Counted from the first letter of the stretch, positions 11,541 through 23,031 are shown. The stretch is 56,990 nucleotides of DNA from Gammaproteobacteria bacterium (GCA_965662575.1 CBFIHN010000004.1:1-56990), one strand, 5' to 3'. Notes: generated from the sequence alone by a model not told the origin. Numbers and translations are program-made.

Positions 11541-12167
11541 TTAGTCCTCTAGCCAGCTCACATCACCGCCACCATAACGTAAAATTTGAGGCTGGTCATT
11601 GGTGCAGTCTAAAACGGTTGTGGGCTCAAAGCCGGCTTGGCCACAGTCAATAATGTAATCTACCTGATTGTCCAGTGCATTTTCTACCTGTTCAAGTTCA
11701 GATAACGGTTCGTTTTCTGTTGGCAAAATTAATGTGCTGCTCAATAACGGCGTGTCAAGTTCACCGGTCAGTTCATGCGCGAAAGGCTCTTCTGGTACGC
11801 GAATGCCAATGGTTTTTTTCCTGGCTTGCATCACGAGTTTGGGTACCTGCTGTGATGCCTTGAGGATAAAGGTATAAGGCCCTGGCGTCAGCTGTTTGAG
11901 TAAACGATAGGTTGTATTGCTAACTCGTGCATAGGTTGAGATTTCAGACAGATCACGACAGATCAGTGTGAAATTATGTTTATCATCAAGATCACGGATG
12001 CGTTTAATTTGGTTTAACGGCTCGCGCAAACCCATGCGACATCCCAACGCAAATCCAGAGGAAGTGGGATAAGCAATCACCGCGCCATCTTGTAACATGC
12101 TGGCAATTTGCTTAAGCAGTCGAGGCTGTGGGTTGTCGGGGTGTAATGTCAATAGCGTTGTCGACAT
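11541..12167 (-). CDS. yciO: YciO / SUA5-YrdC family protein
   Basis: HPDNPQPRL, HNFTLICRDLSE, TPGPYTFIL, TIGIRVP; adjacent to rluB. Confidence 0.9.
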   Translation of the reverse strand: MSTTLLTLHPDNPQPRLLKQIASMLQDGAVIAYPTSSGFALGCRMGLREPLNQIKRIRDLDDKHNFTLICRDLSEISTYARVSNTTYRLLKQLTPGPYTFILKASQQVPKLVMQARKKTIGIRVPEEPFAHELTGELDTPLLSSTLILPTENEPLSELEQVENALDNQVDYIIDCGQAGFEPTTVLDCTNDQPQILRYGGGDVSWLED

Positions 12168-12231
12168 AGGCTATGCATAATGAGTAATACGTTCGATTAT
12201 ATAGTTATCATACGTCAAAATGCTAAAACTT

Positions 12232-12942
12232 TCACGGATTGGAGGTGTGGTGGCTATCGTTTAGTTTCTGTGCTTTTTTAAAAACAATCGGCAATAGTGA
12301 GAGCAATGCTAGGCCTAAGAGTGGTAAAAAGATCACGGGTTTAAAGATAATCGATAAATCGAGAGATTGGCCTTGTCTGAGCACAGCGCTAAAACTATTA
12401 CCGAGTAGGACATAAACTAAAGACCCAGGAATGATGCCAATAGCCGTCGTCCAAATGAAGGTTTTAGTACGAAGGCCTAAAAGTGCCGGCACAATATTGA
12501 CTAGCCAAAACGGAAATATCGGCACAAGTCGTAGGCATAATAAGTAGCTTGCGGCATTGCGGTTAAAGTCGTGCTCTAAGCGCTTTAACCATTGGCCTGC
12601 TTTATTGCGCAAGGTATCTGCAAAAGCTGTTTTAGCGGCCCAAAAGAGAATGCTGGCGCCGATGGTTGCGCTGACCACAACATAGGCGGTACCCAGTATG
12701 GGGCCAAATAAAAATCCACCTGCCATAGTGAAAAAAACGCCTCCTGGAATGGATACGGCGGTGGCAATGATATAGAGAGACATAAACCCTAGGCTGGTTA
12801 GCCAGAGATTATCTGTGACCCATGATTTTAATAGGTGATGGTATTGCTGCAGAGCGCTAAGGCTCATAAAACGATCAAGGCGAAAGTAAAAAAACAGCCC
12901 CAAAGCAATTAACAAAATAACCATTGGGATTAGACGAGACAT
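12232..12942 (-). CDS. TVP38/TMEM64 (DedA superfamily) membrane protein
   Basis: GGFLFG, LRLVPIFPFWLVN, GIIPGS; hydrophobic throughout. Confidence 0.9.
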   Translation of the reverse strand: MSRLIPMVILLIALGLFFYFRLDRFMSLSALQQYHHLLKSWVTDNLWLTSLGFMSLYIIATAVSIPGGVFFTMAGGFLFGPILGTAYVVVSATIGASILFWAAKTAFADTLRNKAGQWLKRLEHDFNRNAASYLLCLRLVPIFPFWLVNIVPALLGLRTKTFIWTTAIGIIPGSLVYVLLGNSFSAVLRQGQSLDLSIIFKPVIFLPLLGLALLSLLPIVFKKAQKLNDSHHTSNP

Positions 12943-13018
12943 CGTTTGATACCGTTAAAAGTTTGATCACCTATGCTAACCGATTTGCTGGTGCTTTGGG
13001 TAGAGGATGACTCTAATA

Positions 13019-13060
13019 GGGGCTGTTGCAAACCAGTTTCTAGCGGCACTAGCGTCGTTG
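13019..13060 (+). mobile_element. Family A MITE, left-end fragment
   Basis: GGGGCTGTTGCAAACCAGTTTCTAGCGGCACTAGCGTCGTTG. Confidence 0.85.
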
Positions 13061-13084
13061 GTGGTGCTCATGTACTAGATATCA

Positions 13085-13112
13085 AGATGGCAGGCGTCAA
13101 TGCCTGCCATCT
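13085..13112 (-). terminator. Stem-loop downstream of groEL, probable terminator
   Basis: AGATGGCAGGC / GCCTGCCATCT 11-bp stem just after the stop codon; weak U-tract. Confidence 0.6.
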
Positions 13113-13130
13113 CTAATGACGGAGTTTGGC

Positions 13131-14792
<1,662 letters not shown>

Positions 14793-14808
14793 TTAATAGT
14801 TTGCGTAT

Positions 14809-15096
14809 TTATTCTACAACACCAATAATATCTTCTTCGCGAAGGACTAAAAGGTCTTCATCGCCGACTTTGACTTCGGTGCCCGCATATTTGCCAAAAT
14901 ACACAGTGTCGCCGACTTTGACATCCAATGGACGGACATCGCCATTATCTAAAATTTTGCCGTTGCCAGCCGCTAAAATATCACCGCTGACCGGTTTTTC
15001 AGTGGCAGTGCCTGGTAAAACAATGCCGCCAGCAGAAGTAGTTTCTTCGCTTGCGCGGCGTACCAATACACGATCATGTAAAGGACGAATTTTCAT
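14809..15096 (-). CDS. groS: Co-chaperonin GroES
   Basis: [17 protein letters not shown]. Confidence 0.99.
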   Translation of the reverse strand: MKIRPLHDRVLVRRASEETTSAGGIVLPGTATEKPVSGDILAAGNGKILDNGDVRPLDVKVGDTVYFGKYAGTEVKVGDEDLLVLREEDIIGVVE

Positions 15097-15161
15097 TGGT
15101 TAATCTCCTATGATTTTTTTAAATACAGAGTGGTACCTAAATGACACTCATGTCTGAGCAA

Positions 15162-15187
15162 ATGGGGATTGATCTGTTAATTTCAAG
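15162..15187 (-). promoter_or_regulatory. Sigma-32 heat-shock promoter of groESL
   Basis: CTTGAA-N14-CCCCAT on the minus strand. Confidence 0.9.
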
Positions 15188-15366
15188 TTAAGAATGAAAT
15201 TTTTTTTAAGACTTTCACCTTCGCAAAAAACGTTCTCGCAATAAAATTTTGCCTAAAGGGCTTAATCACCTTTCGTTTTGTTCATAAAATCGGTATAATC
15301 TCGCGTTCTTTGAAATGCGCTCCATGAGAGTTGGGGCAAGTAATATTATAGATTTTAGGAGAGGAT

Positions 15367-15627
15367 ATGGTTGTTATCCGTTTATCACGTCATGGTGCTA
15401 AAAAACGCCCTTTTTATCAGATTGTTGTTGCTGATAAGCGTATGCCACGTGATGGTCGTTATATTGAGAAAATTGGCTTTTTTAATCCAGTTGCCTCTGG
15501 TCAAGCTGAGCGTTTGCGCTTCGATCTTGAGCGAGCAGATCATTGGATCGCTCAAGGTGCGCAGCCTTCAGATCGTGTTAAAAGCTTAATTAAAGAAGCA
15601 CGTAAAGCAGCTGTGCCAGCTGCTTAA
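15367..15627 (+). CDS. rpsP: 30S ribosomal protein S16
   Basis: [17 protein letters not shown]; strong RBS AGGAGAGG. Confidence 0.98.
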   Translation: MVVIRLSRHGAKKRPFYQIVVADKRMPRDGRYIEKIGFFNPVASGQAERLRFDLERADHWIAQGAQPSDRVKSLIKEARKAAVPAA

Positions 15628-16125
15628 ATGCAGCCCATTATTGTTGCGCGTTTTGGCGCGCCACATGGTATTTCTGGTGATCTTAGGTTACATAGTTTTA
15701 CTGAAGACCCCAATACTATCTTAAAGTTCAAGCCGCTAATGCTTAACCACCACAATCAGTGGCAGGTATTGGCGGATGATTTTTCTGTCCGCCCACATGG
15801 GCAAACTTTTCTTGCGCGTATTCCTGGTGTGGCTAGTCCTGAAGCAGCAAGGACTTACGTTAACTGCTATTTGGGTATTCAGCGTGAGCAATTACCTGGT
15901 GATGCTGAGGATGTTTATTATCATTGTGATCTTCAGGGGTTGTCGGTGATCAATCTTGACCAAGTATTTCTAGGGCAAGTCGATCATGTGCTCTCAACTG
16001 GGGCTAATGATGTATTGGTTATTCGTAAGCCACAACCGAGAATGATTCCTTTTGTTAAAGCCTATGTGCAGCACGTTGATCTTGCTGCTGCCCAAGTTTT
16101 GGTTGATTGGGATCCTAGTTGGTGA
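15628..16125 (+). CDS. rimM: Ribosome maturation factor RimM
   Basis: PHGISG, YYHCDLQG, TGANDVL, VDWDP; follows rpsP. Confidence 0.95.
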   Translation: MQPIIVARFGAPHGISGDLRLHSFTEDPNTILKFKPLMLNHHNQWQVLADDFSVRPHGQTFLARIPGVASPEAARTYVNCYLGIQREQLPGDAEDVYYHCDLQGLSVINLDQVFLGQVDHVLSTGANDVLVIRKPQPRMIPFVKAYVQHVDLAAAQVLVDWDPSW

Positions 16126-16160
16126 GCAATTCTAGGTGGTGTATCTCATTGCTGGATAAT

Positions 16161-18281
16161 TTATTCTAAAATCAAATATTGAGGTTCAGTACACAGTTTG
16201 ATGCATGCTGGTGGTTTTTGTTCTTCACCATAGAGTGATATCCTCAGTGCACTGGAATATTGCGTGAGTGATATAGTGTTTTCTGGCGTAGAGCACCAGG
16301 CCAATATAATCTGACGGTGGTCTGTCTCAAATCGCAGTAGGTATGTCTCACTATTGCTTTCAAGTCGTTCACAAAATACTGCATCCCCTAATAGTGCTAG
16401 GAAGGTTTTTAAAGCATAAAAAGCAGGGCGTTTTTTAAAATCATTAAGGTCATCAACTAGTCCGTAGCCATGAGCGCTTAAGCGCCACCAGCACAGCTGG
16501 TCAACATAGCCTGAGCATAAGCAAATGGCAATATAACGAATCATATAGCATGCATACTCTTGTTCGTTGACACCAGGGCGGTCGCGAAACCACTCAGGTG
16601 TGCAATATGGCGATCCAATCGGCGAGTAAACCCCCGTATCTTGAAGAGGCCAATTGCTTTCAGAAATAATAAAGCGGTTGTCGCAATGAGGTGACAATGA
16701 GCTAATGCTATAGCCTAGAGCGCATTTTTCTACAGTAGAATAATCACCTTGTTTATTTTCTGGTGCACCACGACGATCGACATACAGATGATTACTTGCT
16801 GCATAGAGGGATATGCCGGAGGGTGTTTTATCGAGTGCATAGGATAAATTAAACCAGTCAAAATCAATTATTGCTGGGCCAATTAATCTAAGTGTAGGGA
16901 ATTGTGCGCATAAGAGACGAAAAGGTTGGTAGAGTTGCTGGTAGTCTTTGATTGACCACAGGCCCCATTTGACGCGGTTAATCGCATGGCCAATTTCTAT
17001 CCATTGCACCTTGTCGTGTAGTTGGGGAATAACAAAATGAACAAATTTATCCCAGCTTGGTGGTTGGGTGATTGCCTCGCGGCTTTGTAGTAAAGATATG
17101 CTGATAGCGATATTTTTCTTATACAATAGTTTGATTAGATTGATCGCTGTTTGCCAATGCTTAGGGCTTTCATGATGGCAGAAGCGGATGAGTACTGATC
17201 GACATTTGAGTTCATCAAGTAAGCGTAGCTCGTGCTCAATGTAATCAATCTGTGGATGCAGGGCCAGAGTAAATTTATTCGATAAGTTTATTTTTTTATT
17301 AAATTTTTTGTTTATATTGTGGTGGTAATGTTGCTTAAGCTGACGGTAATGCGTTAACGCATGCCAAGCCATTGCTAAATATTGCCGATAATCACGATAT
17401 TTATTTTTGCTTTTTTTATTGAGTATCACCATGGCTTGTGCCGATTTGTCATCCCAGATCCATAAATCTTGATCATGAGGATAATCCGGGTGTGGTTCCG
17501 GTGTCCGTTGTTTGCCTTTATATGCTCGAATCGGGTGCCGTAACCAGCGAGTTTTGTCGTGGCGTTGGTACGCGGCATAATAGCGATCGGCATATCGTCT
17601 GAAGCCAGCAGGGATATCGCCATCAGCGAAGTACATATAATAAAAAATCCGTCGATAATCATCAGGTAGCTTAATCCTTGCCAGATCTTTTGCGCGTTGT
17701 TTAATACTGAGCTTGGGGTAGATCGTAGCTCGGTCTAGATCGATAAACTGCAGATCTGTATAAATGGCATTATCAGGGTTGTCGTCTTGTACCGATCGGG
17801 TAAGTAAAATATTTTGATTGCCTAAATCGCCATGAGTGACACCGCAGTCATGCAGTTGACGGACGCCATTAGCAACTGTTTTTATCAGGTTAATCAGTGC
17901 CCGGTTGTCTTTGCTGTGCCAATAAATATGACGGAGTTGATCACGAAAGTTACTACTGGGGCAATAGTCGCTGATGTAATAATCTATTTGACTTTCGAGG
18001 TCTCTGATTAGGGCAATAGGTGCCGGTGTTGGTATTCGCCGCTGTTGTAAGTGTAATGCGATTTGCCAGGTACGTTCGGCTCTCAAACCGCCACGATATG
18101 TTTGATCATACCAACGCTTTAATGCGGAGCTGGGTTGCTTAAACTGTTTGATGGTGAGTTGAGTATTGGCGACATGGCATAAAAAAACGGGATCTTGGCC
18201 AGAAGATAGTTTGGTTGCTTGCTGGCTGTGGCATTGCGTTAGCATTTGCAGCAAATTATCATCGGTCAGTGTGTTGCCCAT
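16161..18281 (-). CDS. LPS kinase (Kdo/WaaP/InaA-like) domain fused to a glycoside-hydrolase-like domain
   Basis: HGDLGNQNILL and FIDLD kinase motifs at the N-terminus; HLYVDRRGAPE, ISESNWP and WWRL..GYGL in the C-terminal half; likely ATG at 18281. Confidence 0.75.
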   Translation of the reverse strand: MGNTLTDDNLLQMLTQCHSQQATKLSSGQDPVFLCHVANTQLTIKQFKQPSSALKRWYDQTYRGGLRAERTWQIALHLQQRRIPTPAPIALIRDLESQIDYYISDYCPSSNFRDQLRHIYWHSKDNRALINLIKTVANGVRQLHDCGVTHGDLGNQNILLTRSVQDDNPDNAIYTDLQFIDLDRATIYPKLSIKQRAKDLARIKLPDDYRRIFYYMYFADGDIPAGFRRYADRYYAAYQRHDKTRWLRHPIRAYKGKQRTPEPHPDYPHDQDLWIWDDKSAQAMVILNKKSKNKYRDYRQYLAMAWHALTHYRQLKQHYHHNINKKFNKKINLSNKFTLALHPQIDYIEHELRLLDELKCRSVLIRFCHHESPKHWQTAINLIKLLYKKNIAISISLLQSREAITQPPSWDKFVHFVIPQLHDKVQWIEIGHAINRVKWGLWSIKDYQQLYQPFRLLCAQFPTLRLIGPAIIDFDWFNLSYALDKTPSGISLYAASNHLYVDRRGAPENKQGDYSTVEKCALGYSISSLSPHCDNRFIISESNWPLQDTGVYSPIGSPYCTPEWFRDRPGVNEQEYACYMIRYIAICLCSGYVDQLCWWRLSAHGYGLVDDLNDFKKRPAFYALKTFLALLGDAVFCERLESNSETYLLRFETDHRQIILAWCSTPENTISLTQYSSALRISLYGEEQKPPACIKLCTEPQYLILE

Positions 18282-18325
18282 GGCAGTTGATCTAGTAATT
18301 TGGTATGGCACGGGATGGCGGCTTA

Positions 18326-19060
18326 TTAACGAGAGTTAAGCGCTATCTTAGCATGCTTATAAAAAGTGCCTGCAGCGCGTGCCATCGATAGGACTAGGCC
18401 AGGTCTGCCATCCAGGAAGCCTAAGCGAAATAGATAGGTGCGTAAAAACATCCACAAACCACCTAGACTGGCGCGCCATAATGAGCTGGTTCTGCCTTGT
18501 TGACAGGCGTCATTGGCGAGTAGTGATGAATATTGATTCATCTTAGCAATCAAGTGATGGATATCCTTAAATGAATAGTGATAAAGCGGTTGGTGAAGTT
18601 TGCCAATGCTGCCAGTGATCATGATTTTTTCATGGACAGGTTTTTTATCAAATTGCCCTTGTGTCCTACGAAACAAACGAACTGGATAGGTAAGCGCATC
18701 GGCATAGCGGACAACTTTGCCATAGAAAACCGTTTTTCTCGCTAGTGCAAAGCCATCATACGGTGATTGTTTGATGGCTCGTTCAATTGCAATTTTTAAC
18801 TCGCTACTAACAACTTCATCCGCATCGAGGCTAAGTACCCATTCACCAGACGCTTGTTCGAGCGCGCGCGATTTTTGTTGGCCAAAGCCAGGCCAGTCAT
18901 CGGTAATCGTGATTTTATCGGTGTATTGCTTACAGATTTTAATCGTGTCATCAGTGCTGCCAGAGTCGACCACAATGATTTCATCTGCCCAGCTAACAGA
19001 CCGTAAGCAACGCTCAATATTGTCTTGTTCGTTTTTAGTAATAAGGATAACGCTTAGCAT
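18326..19060 (-). CDS. GT2 glycosyltransferase (WaaE/KdtX/LgtF-like beta-1,4-glucosyltransferase)
   Basis: ITKNE, VVDSGSTDDT, DADE, VHE, GFLDG. Confidence 0.92.
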   Translation of the reverse strand: MLSVILITKNEQDNIERCLRSVSWADEIIVVDSGSTDDTIKICKQYTDKITITDDWPGFGQQKSRALEQASGEWVLSLDADEVVSSELKIAIERAIKQSPYDGFALARKTVFYGKVVRYADALTYPVRLFRRTQGQFDKKPVHEKIMITGSIGKLHQPLYHYSFKDIHHLIAKMNQYSSLLANDACQQGRTSSLWRASLGGLWMFLRTYLFRLGFLDGRPGLVLSMARAAGTFYKHAKIALNSR

Positions 19061-19102
19061 TTGGAGTCAGTTATTAGAATTGATGATATATTTTGCCATA
19101 AT

Positions 19103-19243
19103 GGGACTGTTGTAAACCAGTTTCTAGAGGCATTAGCGTCGTTGAAAAAAATGAAAAACTGCTCATTGATTAGGTATAAACGCCGCTTTTTTAATTTTTT
19201 TCGTCTAGCTATTGCTCGCTATAAACCAACTTGCAACAGCCCC
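19103..19243 (+). mobile_element. Family A MITE, full copy with target duplication ATAAT
   Basis: Both terminal repeats present; ATAAT at 19098-19102 and 19244-19248. Confidence 0.9.
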
Positions 19244-19265
19244 ATAATATTCTACCAAAAAATTT

Positions 19266-20852
19266 TTATAGTTCGGTCTGGTAGGTTTTATAAAGTTCAT
19301 CCAAAACCTGACGAATGGCAATCCCAATCATGCGATAATCGTATTCACGTAGATTCGCTAAAGAGACTCGCGCGCAGGGGCGATTAGCAGCAAAACCTTT
19401 GCCAGGCAATAAGACCACGCCGGTTTCTTCAGCAAGCCGTTTGAGTAAATCAGCACCAGTAAAGTGTGTTTGTATCCAATGAGCAAATTTTTCATCAGCA
19501 TACAGTGCTATGGCTAAATCTTTTAAATCGAGTAGCGTGTAGTAGCCAACCAAGTCTTTACCTTGGAATGTTGGCATTCTTGAAGAAATCGATTGTAATA
19601 AAATATTATAGCGCCGACGAATTAAGGATTTGGCATCTTGGCGATAAATATTGTGCGCATCTAACAGGCTGGCAAGTGCAAATAAGGTCATTTGCAACTG
19701 CTGTGGTAAGGATATTCCCGCCGTGTGGTTAAGTGCTACTGAACGACTGTCGGCAACTAGGCGGTCGATAAACTTAAGATCCTGTGGTGCATTAGTTAAG
19801 GAGCTATAATGTTGCTCTTGTTGTTTCAGTGCTTTTGAATCTTGTGTGGCAAGGAGTTGATCAAAGATATTTTGTTTATGTAGGGCAATGGTGCCAAGGC
19901 GCCAACCCGTTGCGCCAAAATATTTTGAAAAAGAATAAACACATAACGTGTTATGAGGGCATTTGGAAAATAGTGATTCAAATTGGTCCGAGAAGGTGGC
20001 ATAAACATCATCGGTGATAATCATTAAGTTAGGGTTTTTATGCTTGATGATATCAGCTATTTTTTCGAGAGTTTCGCTATTCATTTTTACTGACGGTGGG
20101 TTGCTAGGATTCACCACACAAAACAGTTTAATTGCTGGGTCCTCCAATTTGGCAAGCTCTGTTTTAGGTACTTGCCAGGCATCGTCTTTGCCCGCTTGAA
20201 TTTGGACAATCTCTAAATCATATCCAGGCAATTTGGGGATTTCTAAATAAGGGGAGAAAATCGGTGTGATCATCGCGATTTTATCTTTGGCCTGTATTAA
20301 ATTATTGCTTTTTAGTGATTGGAAAATATAAGTCATGGCTGCAGTGCCGCCTTCTGTCGCAAAGAGATCAAACTCTTTTTCAACAGGCTTATTGGCAAAT
20401 AATTCGTGTTGTAAATAGCGCTTGATAATTTGCTCGCTAATAGGCAGCATCCTTGGTGGGTAGGGGTAGTTGCAACCTAAAAAGGCGTCGACCATTTCCA
20501 CTAAAAAATCGTCTTTATCAACCCCTAAATGATCATCGACGTAAGCCAAAGCTGAGCGCAAGAATTCAAAGCCTTTATGTTCTTCTCGATGTAATTCAAT
20601 ATATTGATCAAAGCGCTCAACAATTCCCTCAGCTTCGGGAATGCCACCGAACAATTCATCTAAGTAAGCATAAGCACGCTCAGACTCGTATAGAGCAAAT
20701 TGGCCTAGCGCTAAATATGCATGGCGGGGTCGTGTTGCGAGAAAATTCGGATTTCCACGTCCGGCGTTTAGCATTAAGTGATCGCTCTGCGTTGAAGCGA
20801 GTTTGATCAATTCATCTTTAAATTCAAAGGGGCTGAGTTGATCGTCTGACAT
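19266..20852 (-). CDS. aspD: Aspartate 4-decarboxylase (bifunctional aspartate aminotransferase, PLP)
   Basis: LSPFEFKDELI, LNAGRGNPNF, FATEGGTAAM, YSFSKYFGATGWRLG, RVSLANL; ATG at 20852 with RBS GAGG. Confidence 0.93.
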   Translation of the reverse strand: MSDDQLSPFEFKDELIKLASTQSDHLMLNAGRGNPNFLATRPRHAYLALGQFALYESERAYAYLDELFGGIPEAEGIVERFDQYIELHREEHKGFEFLRSALAYVDDHLGVDKDDFLVEMVDAFLGCNYPYPPRMLPISEQIIKRYLQHELFANKPVEKEFDLFATEGGTAAMTYIFQSLKSNNLIQAKDKIAMITPIFSPYLEIPKLPGYDLEIVQIQAGKDDAWQVPKTELAKLEDPAIKLFCVVNPSNPPSVKMNSETLEKIADIIKHKNPNLMIITDDVYATFSDQFESLFSKCPHNTLCVYSFSKYFGATGWRLGTIALHKQNIFDQLLATQDSKALKQQEQHYSSLTNAPQDLKFIDRLVADSRSVALNHTAGISLPQQLQMTLFALASLLDAHNIYRQDAKSLIRRRYNILLQSISSRMPTFQGKDLVGYYTLLDLKDLAIALYADEKFAHWIQTHFTGADLLKRLAEETGVVLLPGKGFAANRPCARVSLANLREYDYRMIGIAIRQVLDELYKTYQTEL

Positions 20853-20971
20853 ACTAATTTCCTCATAAGTTAACAACTATATGGTGTTTGCGACCATTCA
20901 CTTTCTCCTGCCAATACCTCTCTGTCACATCGATTGAATACATCCTTGTCGCTTCCTTTTAGTCCTTGAAC

Positions 20972-21112
20972 GGGACTGTTGCAAACCAATTTCTAGCGGC
21001 ACTAGCATCGTTGAAAAAAATGAAAAACTGCTCATTTATTAGGTATGAGCTCTGATTTTTTAATTTTTTTCGCCTAGCTATTGCTCGCTATAAACCAGCT
21101 TGCAACAACCCC
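20972..21112 (+). mobile_element. Family A MITE, full copy, no matching target duplication
   Basis: GGGACTGTTGCAA...TTGCAACAACCCC. Confidence 0.9.
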
Positions 21113-21157
21113 TGGAAGGTAAAACTTATTACATCAGGCATTTTTAAGCAATAGTCT

Positions 21158-21565
21158 TTAGCTATTGGTTGTATCGGAGTTGTTGAAAAAGATGAAAAAC
21201 TGTGCACTTTTTTGTGTTTTTTTCTTTAGCTGAATGGTGACTTGTAGTAGTGCCTTTTGTGTCTTTGGTTCAACCATCATCACAGTGAGACAATACTTGA
21301 CAAGCGAAGTGCCGAGATGAATGAGCCGGCAGTCATTGTTGGGACTGCCGTATTGTTGCTGAATCTGTGACCAATTTAATGTGTTGATGTATTGTCTGGC
21401 TGCCTGAACAGCCAGTTGTTGTTGGTTGTTGATATGCCAGCTATGTGCCAAGTTGGTTGATAGTTGTTTATCTACATAGCTTTGTTCTAGGGCGTTGAGT
21501 GCAATAAAGGCAAAAATAGTTGCCAAGAGACAGCCAACAATCAGTGTTGATCCTTGTTGTTTCAC
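21158..21565 (-). CDS. PilX-like type IV minor pilin, divergent
   Basis: Prepilin leader MKQQG/STLIV without Glu5, followed by a hydrophobic helix. Confidence 0.7.
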   Translation of the reverse strand: MKQQGSTLIVGCLLATIFAFIALNALEQSYVDKQLSTNLAHSWHINNQQQLAVQAARQYINTLNWSQIQQQYGSPNNDCRLIHLGTSLVKYCLTVMMVEPKTQKALLQVTIQLKKKTQKSAQFFIFFNNSDTTNS

Positions 21566-22380
21566 AACTGTGCACTGTCGGTTTGTGTTTTACCATTAGC
21601 GAGGACCCAGTGCCACAACAATATGTTGTGATGCCGGCCTTTTTCTATATTCAGTGTTAATTGATCAATATGGTCAATTAATTCCAGTCTTTTGTTGTTT
21701 GGCGTTTGCGTGTAAAGGCTGTGAATCGTTTTGCCTTTAGGTGTTGTGCGTGTTGTTTTGCCAATATAAAAAATATGTGTCGTCATTTGACGAATCAGTG
21801 CGCCATGGGGAAAGTCGTGGATTATCGGTTTATTGAGCATAATTTTTTGGTCTTTTGTGCGTTTATTGATTGATTTAATTGGTAGCAGTATGGCGGTTGT
21901 GGCATCCATAACTAATAGTGGTAATGACTTTTTAAGTCGGAGGCTTTTTGTGAGCGTGATGCTTGTTTGTCCGACTGTTAGTGGTTTTTGGTAAAAGATA
22001 GTGCTGTGGCTGCAACCACGAATGACGATGGCATCACCAGTTAAAATCTGTTGGCCACTGCCGGCTTTATGGATCTGCCATATTTTGGGGGTATGACCTG
22101 AATGATAGAGTTGATAGCGTGGGGAAAATGCGATTTGCTTAGAGTCAGTTTCGTTGATACAGTTGCTGGGCCAATGATGGTTAATGAGGCAAGACTGTTG
22201 TAGCTGTTGGCGTAACATTTCACTGGCAAGAAGTCCATGCCATTGGTTATTTAACGCTTGCTGGCGCTGCCCATAATTTGTCATCAGTGATGTTAATGTC
22301 TGATAACTGCCTACCAGTCCGGCAGATAGCAGGCTCAAGCCGATAAGCATTGACAGCAAGCTGCTACCTTGTTGTTTCAT
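21562..22380 (-). CDS. PilW-like type IV minor pilin
   Basis: MKQQG/SSLLSMLIGL leader; FYIG...SLY...ELIDHIDQL C-terminal pattern. Confidence 0.7.
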   Translation of the reverse strand: MKQQGSSLLSMLIGLSLLSAGLVGSYQTLTSLMTNYGQRQQALNNQWHGLLASEMLRQQLQQSCLINHHWPSNCINETDSKQIAFSPRYQLYHSGHTPKIWQIHKAGSGQQILTGDAIVIRGCSHSTIFYQKPLTVGQTSITLTKSLRLKKSLPLLVMDATTAILLPIKSINKRTKDQKIMLNKPIIHDFPHGALIRQMTTHIFYIGKTTRTTPKGKTIHSLYTQTPNNKRLELIDHIDQLTLNIEKGRHHNILLWHWVLANGKTQTDSAQL

Positions 22381-22691
22381 GATGCCCATGCGGTGCAACA
22401 AAATCGTTGCCCCGCGTTGACATCATACCAGCTAATCACGACCTTCCGATGGTTGCCATTGCCGGTTACCTCCCCCTCTCCTTGGGGTAGATTTTTTGAG
22501 ATTGTCAGGTGATTATCTAAGCCGGAGGATATGGCTCTTGCTGTCATCAGGGCATGTCGGCAAGCAAGATTATGGTAGTAGCTCCAATCAATGCCTTGCT
22601 CGCTTTTTAGTTCAGCGTCGATGACGGTCAAAGTAGCGCATGCCAATATACTCAATGTGGCAATAATCTCTAGTGTTGAAAATCCCTTCAT
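22377..22691 (-). CDS. PilV-like type IV minor pilin
   Basis: MKG/FSTLEII prepilin motif; LPQGEG..VVISW; ATG at 22691. Confidence 0.75.
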   Translation of the reverse strand: MKGFSTLEIIATLSILACATLTVIDAELKSEQGIDWSYYHNLACRHALMTARAISSGLDNHLTISKNLPQGEGEVTGNGNHRKVVISWYDVNAGQRFCCTAWAS

Positions 22692-22700
22692 ATCACTGAT

Positions 22701-22841
22701 GGGACTGTTGCAAACCAATTTCTAGCGGCACTAGTGTCGTTGAAAAAAATGAAAAACTGCTCATTCATTAGGTATAAACTCCGCTTTTTAAATTTTTTTC
22801 GTCTAGCTGTTGCTCGCTATAGACCAACTTGCAGTAGCCCC
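22701..22841 (+). mobile_element. Family A MITE, full copy, no matching target duplication
   Basis: GGGACTGTTGCAA...TTGCAGTAGCCCC, 9 bp from the pilV-like start codon. Confidence 0.9.
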
Positions 22842-23031
22842 TTATTGTTTTATTTGTAATCATTTTACTTTTTCAAAGTGAACAAATCAATCATTAAAAA
22901 TATACTTAGTCTTTTTTATGTCTTTAAATGTCTTTTTGTTGGTTAGAGGATGAGCGCTTTTTATGTTAGTATGAGCGGCGATAAAGTCGGGTAAAGCCAA
23001 GTGCTTTACAGTCAACCAATAGGGAGAGCTC

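Noticed and set aside
15128-15160. CIRCE operator upstream of groES
   Set aside because: Only half-site-like sequences are present, without TTAGCACTC-N9-GAGTGCTAA geometry; the sigma-32 promoter explains the region.
19103-22841. MITE-separated genes as an integron cassette array
   Set aside because: Core-site order is GTT...AAC, the opposite of attC; copies have target duplications, are dispersed in both orientations, and no integrase is present.
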